Assembly (NCBI GenBank): GCA_963796105.1
Contig: CAWCKJ010000004.1
Span: 96,001 to 160,000 of the forward strand
Direction: 5' to 3'
Length of the DNA: 64,000 nt
Source of the DNA: a candidate division FCPU426 bacterium
GTDB taxonomy: Bacteria; Oederibacteriota; Muellerivitia; Muellerivitales; Muellerivitaceae
The notes under the pieces are model-generated. The model made no database searches, was not told where the DNA came from, and saw only the letters and a list, made by a program, of their open reading frames with translations. The position numbers and the translations under genes are program-made. Shown here piece after piece: positions 21,338 through 29,597 of the stretch; within the stretch, counting starts at the first letter, position 1; each line of letters begins with the position of its first letter.

Positions 21338-22606
21338 TCACGCTCTCGCGACCGGCAGTTCATCCCACCTTGTCGTGTAGCGGGGCGACTTGTACTCGAA
21401 CCGGGTGGTCCAACTGCGCTTAAACCCCTCCGTGGAAATCCGGACGGTTCCCCACCCCATCTTGCCGTTGATCAAATCCACAACCCGCATCAGGGCGTTC
21501 TGCCTGGACGCATCCGCGCGCCAAAAAAGGTTTTGCTGGATCTCGTCCTCCGGGACCAGTTCCGTGTAAAGCAATCCGATGCGCTTGTACTTGAAACCCG
21601 GCTGGTACAGTTGGTCTATGGCATGGTTTGCCATCATTACCAGGCGGGGTGTGTAGTTCGTGGGTTCCGGCAGGTTGCATATAGTGGAGCTTTCGTATTG
21701 GGGATCCCGCTCCCGGAAGGGGTCGGTGGAAATCCACACGAGCATGGAAGCCACCGCCTGCTTCTGTTGGCGGGCCTTCTCGGCCGTCCTCGTGACATAG
21801 GCCGTCATGGCTTCCTTCAACAGGTCCTTGGATTCCACCAGGAAGCTGAAACCCTTGCTGGAGCCGATCATCTTCTTGGGCGGCGGCGCCTGCTCCAACG
21901 GCAGGCAGGAAACGCCGTTGAGTTCCATCAAGATCCGCACGCCCACCACCCCCATCTTCTTTCGAATCAAGCGGCTTGGCGCCTTCTTGAAACCCAGCGC
22001 GTTCTCAATGCCCAGGCCTATGAGGAATTCCTCATAGGCCCAGCCGACCCCCCACACATCCCCAATGGGCACGCTCTCCAGGGCCCGATCCACATCGGAG
22101 GAGCCTACCAGGTTGACCACCCCATCCGCTTCGGCGGATTTCTTCGCCACCTTGTTGGCGATCTTGGCCAGGCTTTTGGTCTCTCCCACGCCGATGCTCA
22201 CCGGGATGCCCGTGAGGTTCTCTACCGTCTCCTTGATCCCGCGGCAGTAAGCCGTGAGGCCCGGGGGGGCGAAACCCGACAGGTCCAGGAAGCACTCGTC
22301 GATGCTATAAACCTCGATTCGGGGGGTGAACCGGGAAAGAACCTTGCGCACGCGGTTGGACATGTCCCCGTAAAGGGCATAATTGCTGGAATATACGAAA
22401 GCCCCGTTCTCCTCGATTCGCCGGCGCTCCTGGAAAAAGGGCGCGCCCATGCCGATACCCAGGGCCTTGGCTTCCCGGGAACGGGCCACGATGTTGCCGT
22501 CGTTGTTGGACAACACCACCACGGGCTTGCCCCAAGCCTTGGGGTTAAAGGCCTGCTCACAGCTGGCATAAAAGGAGTTGCAGTCCACCAGGGCGAAGAG
22601 GGTCAT
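21338..22606 (-). CDS. umuC: Y-family DNA polymerase V large subunit
   Basis: FALVDCNSFYASCE, VVLSNNDG, SSNYALYGDMS.R, YSIDE, C-terminal SPRYTTRWDELP; start overlaps the umuD stop. Confidence 0.95.
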   Translation of the reverse strand: MTLFALVDCNSFYASCEQAFNPKAWGKPVVVLSNNDGNIVARSREAKALGIGMGAPFFQERRRIEENGAFVYSSNYALYGDMSNRVRKVLSRFTPRIEVYSIDECFLDLSGFAPPGLTAYCRGIKETVENLTGIPVSIGVGETKSLAKIANKVAKKSAEADGVVNLVGSSDVDRALESVPIGDVWGVGWAYEEFLIGLGIENALGFKKAPSRLIRKKMGVVGVRILMELNGVSCLPLEQAPPPKKMIGSSKGFSFLVESKDLLKEAMTAYVTRTAEKARQQKQAVASMLVWISTDPFRERDPQYESSTICNLPEPTNYTPRLVMMANHAIDQLYQPGFKYKRIGLLYTELVPEDEIQQNLFWRADASRQNALMRVVDLINGKMGWGTVRISTEGFKRSWTTRFEYKSPRYTTRWDELPVARA

Positions 22607-23064
22607 GGGCGCTTTTTTTTGAAGGAGTGGATCACGTGTTCTACCACCCCGAAAACACGGAACTCCGCCAGCTCGTTCACGGGAATGGGCTGATAAGCCG
22701 GGTCCCGGGGATTTTCCGGCAGGAGATATAGCTTGCCGTCCTTCAGGCCCAGGGTCTTGACCGTCCATTCCCCGTTGAGGGCTGCGATGACGATTTCCCC
22801 CGGCGCGGCTTTTCCGGCCCGGTTCACCACCACCACGTCCCCTGAGCGGATGCCCACGCCCTCCATGCTGTCGCCCACGACCCGGAAGGCGAAGGTGGAC
22901 TCGGGGTGCCGCAGGAGGATCTCGTTAAGGTCAAGCGGCCTTTCCAGGTAGTCCTCAGCGGGACTGGGAAAGCCCGCCGGGAGGGCCGGCTCGAAGCACC
23001 GCAGGGTGGGCAGGGTGCCGTATAGGAGCTTCGTGAGGTTGGAAAACCACAGGGAATGGGACAT
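22603..23064 (-). CDS. umuD: UmuD (peptidase S24) autoproteolytic subunit
   Basis: AGFPSPAEDY cleavage region, GDSM (Ser), TVK (Lys); GGAGG RBS before ATG 23064. Confidence 0.93.
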   Translation of the reverse strand: MSHSLWFSNLTKLLYGTLPTLRCFEPALPAGFPSPAEDYLERPLDLNEILLRHPESTFAFRVVGDSMEGVGIRSGDVVVVNRAGKAAPGEIVIAALNGEWTVKTLGLKDGKLYLLPENPRDPAYQPIPVNELAEFRVFGVVEHVIHSFKKKRP

Positions 23065-23084
23065 GGACCACCTCCAGGATTTAT

Positions 23085-23120
23085 GTATACACGTGTATAC
23101 CTTTTCCAGGAAGCTGTCAA
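23085..23120 (-). promoter_or_regulatory. umuDC promoter with perfect 16-bp palindrome (candidate SOS box)
   Basis: TTGACA at 23120-23115 on the minus strand; GTATACACGTGTATAC at 23085-23100 covers the -10 region. Confidence 0.65.
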
Positions 23121-23203
23121 GGGGAAGAAAGCAGAACTTCATCTCACCACAGCGGTGCTTCGCACATTCTTAATTTTAAACGACGTTAAGCAAAACCAAG
23201 TCT

Positions 23204-23301
23204 TAGCCACGGATTCAGGGGATGCATTTAGATAGTCTGAAGAAAAAAAGCCTTAAATATTTATGTTATTAAATCCCATGTATCCCATGCATCCGTGGCT
23301 A
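23204..23301. repeat. Inverted-repeat element with 9-bp sub-periodicity (MITE/REP-like)
   Basis: TAGCCACGGATTCAGGGGATGCAT ... ATCCCATGTATCCCATGCATCCGTGGCTA around an AT-rich core; related copy at 57894-58092. Confidence 0.7.
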
Positions 23302-23313
23302 GAGATTGTTTTT

Positions 23314-24301
23314 AATGCCTCTCCAAACGGTACCTGTTGAAATAAAGGAATACAGGAGTATACTCATTGTTGGAGGGGCAAATTATGAACTACCAACGGA
23401 TGAAGGGGATTGAGATTTTCAAGGAAATCGATACAGAAGAAAAGGCACGTCAATGGGTGTGGAAGAGCCGTTTTGCCGGAAAAGACTTTGTTTGCCCACA
23501 ATGTGAAGGAGAAAGTTTCTGGCAACACAAAAACCGCCCCGAAGTGCGGGAATGTGACTATTGTCGAAAGCAAATACGGCTTCGAGCCGGAACGATCTTC
23601 CGGAAATCCAAGATCCCAATCTTAACCTGGTTGAGGATGATTGGATTGGTGATGCAAGGGAAAAGGGGCATTTCAGCCCTGGAACTTCAGCGGCAATTGG
23701 GAATGCCCTCCTACGATACCGTTTGGAGGATGTTGCATAAGATTCGGGAAAGTCTTCGACAAAGGGATGAAAATTACCAACTCAAGGAAATCATTGAGTT
23801 GGATGGGGCTGTATTCGGCAAGAGAGAAAAGGAAAACCAGGCTGAAGTGCTGGTGGCGGTTGAAAGCAAAGAATGGATAGATGAGAAAGGGCGCAAAAAA
23901 GAGAAAGCGGGTTTTGCAAAGATAAAGGTGACCGCAGAAACCAAGTGGGAAGCCCAAGCATTCGTCGATCAAGCAATCCAGAAAGGCGCCATGATAAACA
24001 CGGATGCCAGTCCCAGCTTGAGAAACTTGGAAAACGTGGATGTGGAGTACCAGGTAACAGCCAATGACCCAGTGGTGTTAAATCACTGGTTACCTTGGGT
24101 CCACCGATTCATTTCCAACGCCAAGGCTTGGATCCTAGGAACCCATCATGGAGTCAACGTGAAATATCTGCCTGGATACTTGAGCGAATATACTTATCGG
24201 TTCAATCGTCGCCATGACCCAGATTCCTTATTTCACCGGGCCTTAACCGCTTGCGCTTTGGCAAAACCCATTACTGCGCAAGCGTTGTTCGGATAGGCAT
24301 G
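23314..24301 (+). mobile_element. IS1595-family element (ISSod11-like), 988 bp
   Basis: TIRs AATGCCTCTCCAAAC / CATGCCTATCCGAAC; 8-bp TSD TTGTTTTT at 23306-23313 and 24302-24309. Confidence 0.9.
23385..24296 (+). CDS. IS1595-family transposase (diverged paralog of 6677-7585)
   Basis: Same Zn ribbon, IELDG and YLSEY.YRFNRR motifs; clearly homologous but not identical. Confidence 0.95.
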   Translation: MNYQRMKGIEIFKEIDTEEKARQWVWKSRFAGKDFVCPQCEGESFWQHKNRPEVRECDYCRKQIRLRAGTIFRKSKIPILTWLRMIGLVMQGKRGISALELQRQLGMPSYDTVWRMLHKIRESLRQRDENYQLKEIIELDGAVFGKREKENQAEVLVAVESKEWIDEKGRKKEKAGFAKIKVTAETKWEAQAFVDQAIQKGAMINTDASPSLRNLENVDVEYQVTANDPVVLNHWLPWVHRFISNAKAWILGTHHGVNVKYLPGYLSEYTYRFNRRHDPDSLFHRALTACALAKPITAQALFG

Positions 24302-25002
24302 TTGTTTTTTAGTTGTATGTTCGCTTTCCCAAGACACTGGGGGCCCTCGTTGCGGGCGTTGCTCATGAAAAGGGAAACCGGGTAGGAAGCCATTGGGGAG
24401 GCGGGAAAAGGCTTGAGGAATTTCTTGAGTTTTTCCACGTCCTGGTTTTGGGGGTCCAGCCAGGCTACGAAATCCTTCTCCTCAATAATGACCGACATCC
24501 GGTCGTGGACCGGAGCCAAGATGGAATTCGCCTCGGTCGTGATGAGCGTAAAGGAATGGATCGGCTCCCCCTTTCCGTCCTTGGGTTTCCAGAATTCCCA
24601 AAGGCCCGCCAGGCAAAAGGGCTCCTCGTTTTTCATGTAAAAGTAAAAGGGTTGCTTGGGCTTGGTTTTCTGGTCCCACTCGTAGAACCCGTCGATGGGC
24701 ACCAGACAGCGCTGTTTCTTGAAAGCCGACCAGAAGGACGGGTTCTCGGCCACCGTTTCCGCCCGCGCGTTGGCCAGTTTGAACCCGATAGTTGGGTCCT
24801 TGGCCCAGGATGGCACCAGGCCCCATTTGAGCGTTTCCATGACGGGCTTAGTTTCGTTAAACGGGATCCGGATGCAGGGCACCAGGCTGGAGGGGGCGAT
24901 ATTGAACCGGGACTCGAAGTTTTCCAGGCCCACCTTGAGGGCGATCTGGAATTTCTTGGCCAGGTTCTTGGGTTTAGTTTTCTGGGCGAATCGTCCGCAC
25001 AT
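24271..25002 (-). CDS. SRAP/YedK (HMCES) abasic-site protecting protein; last residues IS-derived
   Basis: N-terminal MCGRF, WGLVPSWAK, NAR.ET, GFYEW, LAGLW, HDRM. Confidence 0.93.
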   Translation of the reverse strand: MCGRFAQKTKPKNLAKKFQIALKVGLENFESRFNIAPSSLVPCIRIPFNETKPVMETLKWGLVPSWAKDPTIGFKLANARAETVAENPSFWSAFKKQRCLVPIDGFYEWDQKTKPKQPFYFYMKNEEPFCLAGLWEFWKPKDGKGEPIHSFTLITTEANSILAPVHDRMSVIIEEKDFVAWLDPQNQDVEKLKKFLKPFPASPMASYPVSLFMSNARNEGPQCLGKANIQLKNNMPIRTTLAQ

Positions 25003-25183
25003 GATGACTACTTTATTTCAGAGCGATATGGAAATCCGCTTAAAAAATTTGAATTCCCACCTTGAAAGCCAAAAGCCAGGAATAATTCACCATAATCCAC
25101 ATTCTTTAAGATTTTGGTGAATATCCTGGCCTTGGAATATTAAATAAATTGACCGGCTAAGAAATAACCTCTCGGTTATCTCT

Positions 25184-25960
25184 TTACGACTTGAATATCT
25201 TCTCGAAAAATTCCTTCATGGCCTTCCAGGACTTTTCATCCGCGCTCTTGTTGTAAAGCGCCCCTTTCAACTGCCCCTTGGCCTCGGGATTGGTGAAGCT
25301 GTGCTGGGCACCGGGATAGGTGATGATCTTGTAATCCACTCCGGCGTCCTTCATTTCCTTCTCGAAATCCGGAACCTTGGAAAGCGTGAAATTGTCCGCT
25401 CCGCCCTGGCACACCAGGACCTTGCCCTTGATGTTCTTGGCGTCCTCGGGCGTCGGGGAATCCAACCCGCCGTGGAAGGTCACGATGCCCTTTACGTCCG
25501 CGCCGCTTCGGCCAAGTTCCAGCACCGCCGCCCCGCCGAAACAATAGCCGATGGCCCCCAACTTGTCAGGGTCCACGTTGGGGCTTTGTTTCAACTGGTC
25601 CAACCCCGCGTTCACCCTCTCGCGGAACAGTTTCCGGTCCTTGTAATATTGGCCCGAGGTGGCCATGCAGGCCTCCACCTTCTCGGGCCTCACGCCCTTT
25701 CCGTAAATGTCGGCGGCAAAGGCCACGTAGCCCAGCTTGGCCAGCTTTTCCGCGCGGGATTTGGCGTACTTTCCCAGACCCGTCCATTCGTGAACCACTA
25801 GGATTCCAGGCCTTTTCCCCTGGAACGAGTCGTCGTAAGCCAGATAACCCTCCAGGACCGTATCGCCGTCCTTGTATTCCACTGTTTGAGTCTGCACTTT
25901 CGCCATGACGGGACTCCCTAAAACGAACAATAGCATTAAAGCACTCAGCCACTTATTCAT
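25184..25960 (-). CDS. Dienelactone hydrolase family protein (with signal peptide)
   Basis: VVHEW.G, LA.LGYVAFAADIYG, nucleophile GYCFGG, FHG, YPGA.HSFTNP. Confidence 0.9.
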   Translation of the reverse strand: MNKWLSALMLLFVLGSPVMAKVQTQTVEYKDGDTVLEGYLAYDDSFQGKRPGILVVHEWTGLGKYAKSRAEKLAKLGYVAFAADIYGKGVRPEKVEACMATSGQYYKDRKLFRERVNAGLDQLKQSPNVDPDKLGAIGYCFGGAAVLELGRSGADVKGIVTFHGGLDSPTPEDAKNIKGKVLVCQGGADNFTLSKVPDFEKEMKDAGVDYKIITYPGAQHSFTNPEAKGQLKGALYNKSADEKSWKAMKEFFEKIFKS

Positions 25961-26128
25961 CACGCGTCCTCCCCATATTAAAAATATGAACGACTAGAGG
26001 TATAAGGCGAAGAAAGGGTGAAAACAAGGGGTGTCAGGGCGGAAAGGCTCATTAGGATCATTATGACTGGTAGCCTTTGACTCCCTTTTCAAATGTTGGG
26101 ATGGTAGAATCTTTTTCAAGGCGGTTAA

Positions 26129-26374
26129 ATGTCCAAAAAAATCATAGTTTATACCACTTCCTGGTGCGGGGACTGCCATAGGCTGATGTCCGAACTAAAA
26201 GAACACGCCGTCACTTTCGAGGCGCGGGACATCGAGCAAAACGAGAACGACTACAAGACCATGATGGGATTCACCAACGGGAAGAGGGTCATCCCCACTG
26301 TAGACATCGAGGGGAAAATACTCATCAATCCCCGTTTTTCCCAGGTCGCGGAAGTCCTTGGAATTCCTGTTTGA
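26129..26374 (+). CDS. Glutaredoxin-like (NrdH/mycoredoxin-type) protein
   Basis: VYTTSWCGDC, NG.R.IPTV; 81 aa. Confidence 0.85.
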   Translation: MSKKIIVYTTSWCGDCHRLMSELKEHAVTFEARDIEQNENDYKTMMGFTNGKRVIPTVDIEGKILINPRFSQVAEVLGIPV

Positions 26375-26507
26375 TAATCCAGCGCTCAAAACCCTACTAC
26401 CATTCTATTTCCACTCCCCTCCGCCTTTTAAAAGCGTTATGATTGTATCCGTTCATTCAGCCGGGGGAGCCGGCTCCAATTAATCCAGCCATTCCAGGGA
26501 GGGTTTC

Positions 26508-26978
26508 ATGAAAATCCATAAGGAAGCGAAAGTTCCCAGCTTTTTGAAGGAATTGAACCTTTTCGAGGGCCTTGAACACTCCGTCATCAATCAGATCTTC
26601 CGGTTGGGGCTGGTTCAGCACTTCAAGAAGGGGGATTCGGTTATCCGCGAGGGCCAATACGGCGGAAGGCTCTATATCCTGATCAACGGCAAGGCCGAGG
26701 TCGTGAAATCCGTCAAGGGAAGCAGGACCAAGGTCAAAAAGCTGGCCATTTACAACCGCGGGTCGGTCTTCGGGGAAATGAGCGTCTTTGACGGCGCGCC
26801 TTACTCGGCCACCGTCCGGACCTTGGCTGAAAGCGACATCCATATCATCCGGGGTTCGGATTTGGAGAATTTCCTCAAGAAAAACCCTGCTTCCGCCTAT
26901 TTGATCTTGCGGACCCTCTTGAGTTCCATTTCTAACAGGCTGCGCCGAACGAACCAGGCCCTTTCCCTGGCGGGCTGA
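26508..26978 (+). CDS. Stand-alone cyclic-nucleotide-binding domain protein
   Basis: LF..L, G..VIREG, LYILINGKAEV, G.VFGEMS..DG.P.SATV; C-helix but no HTH. Confidence 0.85.
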   Translation: MKIHKEAKVPSFLKELNLFEGLEHSVINQIFRLGLVQHFKKGDSVIREGQYGGRLYILINGKAEVVKSVKGSRTKVKKLAIYNRGSVFGEMSVFDGAPYSATVRTLAESDIHIIRGSDLENFLKKNPASAYLILRTLLSSISNRLRRTNQALSLAG

Positions 26979-27023
26979 GGCTGATTCCGTGATAATTTAG
27001 AATCTTCCTATTTTTCTATCTCT

Positions 27024-29582
27024 CTAAGGCTTTGAATCCCGCGGGCTGGATTGCGCCCTCTCCACCAGTTCATCCAACGGTACCCATCCGGTCGCCCCGG
27101 GGACGGTCACGTTGATGTCAGGAAAATGGTCCCCGCCCCCAAAATAGACAGTCATTTTCACATGGTGTAACCCGGGCGGGAGTTTCACAAGATTGGTATT
27201 AAGCGCCTGTTTGGTTTTCGGGGGAACGGTTAGGACCCTTTTTCCATCCACGTCAAACCATACGATATTGCGGGTTTTGATCTCGAAAGAGTAGGAACCC
27301 CCGGCTTGAATTTCCCAATTCCCCTCCAATATCGCGCAATGCTTCCAATCATTCAGGGGCGCCGATGGAAGGTTTTCGTTCCAGCGGGCCACCCGGTCCT
27401 CATAGAGGATCAATCCCCGGCCCAATCCGTAATGATCATACCAGCGCCTCCGCCAGGTCCAGCCCGGCACACTCCGGACATGGATAAAGGCCTTTCCGTC
27501 CTCAGGAACCCGATCAAAAGGGATTTCCGTCCAGAAGAGGTGGGGTATGTCATTATCCCATTGGAAAAAATCCCGTTTTTTACCCCATTGGGTCCCGGGA
27601 AATTCCGCCTCTAATTTTTTTTGAGCCTCCACATCCTGGCCCCAAACGAGGATGGCTAGGTCCTTACCCTTCTCCCCCGCCGCCATGTCAATGGAGTTGG
27701 AGGCGCCAGCCTCGAATATTTCCTCACCGTCGGACAAGATATCCATAGAGCAGTTATAGAACCGCGGTTTCGGAACCAAGTACACCCGGTGATCCGGCAG
27801 TTCCTTCTCGGCCTGGTCCCAGACGGTGGTGCTGTCCGTCCTTTGCCCCATCCAATCCCAAATAAGCCCATGGTTCTTTCCCATTTCCCAAGCCAGGCCC
27901 GCCGCCAGGGCCAGAACAAAGATAAACTTGCCCGCCCCGCCCGGTTGCGTTTGAAGGAAAGCGGTCCAAAGCCGGTTCAAACCCCAGGCCCCGCCTGTAA
28001 GGATCGGGACGCTGCAGAGGACGTATCGGAAGGAGTGGGGCCCGTTGGAAAGCACCGGGGTGGTCGCGGACACAAGGAACAATAGGACGATGTAGCCCTT
28101 CAGCCAGCTTGGCCGGGCCAGGAAATAGGCCAAGGCCAGCAACGCGCAGGCGATGTCCAGGAACTCGTAAAGGGAATCCCCAATGGAGGGAATCTGGGAG
28201 GGGTGGACCGTCTGTCCCAGGAACAAATCCCAGGTAAAGACGATGTTCCTCCAAACTTTATACAATCCCTGCCCCGGGTCGCAAAAATCCCTGTTCCAGG
28301 CGGTGATGGCCTGGACATGTTGGGAATAGTTGGGATAAAGGTAAAAGGGGGCCATGAGAATGGCTGCCGCCAAGGCCCCGGTGGACCATCCCAAGAGTTT
28401 ACTGAAGCCTTTTTTTCTCTCATTAATAAAAACATGCAGGTAGCTGAACCCAAACAAAAAACCCAAGCCCGCGAGAAAAACCTGGCTCGTCATGATCCGC
28501 ATTGGGATATTGTCCCCGTTCAAAAGGGTGTTTTTGTAGAGGAACAACACCGCCCAGGCCGCCAGGAGAAAAGGGCCCAATATCACCCGGGTAAAAACAA
28601 ACCGCCTTTCCTTAGGATCTGAATAAACCCAAAGCCAGAGAACCCCCAGCATGACGGGCAGCCACGGACGGAACGGCACATAGGTATAACCCCCGAATCC
28701 CAGGGCCAATCCCCACTCCAGGAAATGGCTCAAACTCGGTTTCTTTATCGTACGTAAAAGGAAAAGGACAGATAGGGCCCCGGCCAGCACGCAGGTTTCG
28801 TTGTCATAGCAGAACTTCGTCACCATGATCATGAACTTGCAGGTGGAGCCCAGGGCCAGGAGCAGGATCCCCATCCTTCTCCCGCCGATCTCCTTGCCGA
28901 TCAAGTAAAAAATCCAAAGAGCGGCCATGTCGATGAGGCTGTCGCTGAAGAGCATGATGAAGTGGCCGTTGGCTTGGGGCAGGAGGATCCAGAGGAAGGC
29001 CGTCATGTAGGAATGAAAAGGTTCCCTGGTTCCCATCCAAAACATGAAGGGACAGTCATGGTAATCCAGGATGTTCCTCACGTCGGCCGTGAGGGTGTAA
29101 TGGTCGTCCCAAAAATATCCCGGGGGCTGGTGGGGATTTTCCAGCCTGAAATAAGCCCCCAATCCCATGAATACCCAGAACCAGAACCTGCCCGCGCCTT
29201 TCGAAAGGTCCCAGCTTCCCTCATCCAAAGGGGGAAATTTCCTGAAGTAATAAGCGAGGAGGCCGAACCCCAAGCAGATCAGAGGGACCGCGGGCAGGTG
29301 CCCGAACAGGTTATCGCGGGGAATGCGTGGAAAGTCAAAATGCACGAAGGGATTGCCCTTGTAAAAAAGAAGATTGAAACAAGGCAGGGAAAGAAGGCCC
29401 GCCATGACGATAAGCCATGAGGCGAATAGAAACTTGAAATCCCGTCCCAATGATGGGCCTGGTTGCGGTTGAACCGCCAGCGCCGGAACGGAGGAAATGA
29501 TGGCCGCGTTCTTTTTCGGGGGGCGCTTGAGCTTCGGAGCCTTGGGATCTGCCCTTTTCTTCTGTTTTTTTCTGACGGTCAT
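27024..29582 (-). CDS. GT-C (ArnT/PMT, GT39-like) membrane glycosyltransferase with C-terminal PA14-like domain, paralog 3
   Basis: R....PPGYFWDD motif after the first TMs, many TMs, GYTYVPFR; C-terminal G.Y.F....N..W..VDGK.V...V.L.PG.H. Confidence 0.7.
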   Translation of the reverse strand: MTVRKKQKKRADPKAPKLKRPPKKNAAIISSVPALAVQPQPGPSLGRDFKFLFASWLIVMAGLLSLPCFNLLFYKGNPFVHFDFPRIPRDNLFGHLPAVPLICLGFGLLAYYFRKFPPLDEGSWDLSKGAGRFWFWVFMGLGAYFRLENPHQPPGYFWDDHYTLTADVRNILDYHDCPFMFWMGTREPFHSYMTAFLWILLPQANGHFIMLFSDSLIDMAALWIFYLIGKEIGGRRMGILLLALGSTCKFMIMVTKFCYDNETCVLAGALSVLFLLRTIKKPSLSHFLEWGLALGFGGYTYVPFRPWLPVMLGVLWLWVYSDPKERRFVFTRVILGPFLLAAWAVLFLYKNTLLNGDNIPMRIMTSQVFLAGLGFLFGFSYLHVFINERKKGFSKLLGWSTGALAAAILMAPFYLYPNYSQHVQAITAWNRDFCDPGQGLYKVWRNIVFTWDLFLGQTVHPSQIPSIGDSLYEFLDIACALLALAYFLARPSWLKGYIVLLFLVSATTPVLSNGPHSFRYVLCSVPILTGGAWGLNRLWTAFLQTQPGGAGKFIFVLALAAGLAWEMGKNHGLIWDWMGQRTDSTTVWDQAEKELPDHRVYLVPKPRFYNCSMDILSDGEEIFEAGASNSIDMAAGEKGKDLAILVWGQDVEAQKKLEAEFPGTQWGKKRDFFQWDNDIPHLFWTEIPFDRVPEDGKAFIHVRSVPGWTWRRRWYDHYGLGRGLILYEDRVARWNENLPSAPLNDWKHCAILEGNWEIQAGGSYSFEIKTRNIVWFDVDGKRVLTVPPKTKQALNTNLVKLPPGLHHVKMTVYFGGGDHFPDINVTVPGATGWVPLDELVERAQSSPRDSKP

Positions 29583-29597
29583 TTCACGACTTCCTCG

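Noticed and set aside
21338..22768. 476-aa UmuC with N-terminal extension
   Set aside because: The extension overlaps umuD in another frame; the family start MTLFALVD is at 22606.
6605..24301. Composite transposon bounded by the two related IS1595 elements
   Set aside because: Each has its own distinct 8-bp TSD and they are diverged, so these are independent insertions.
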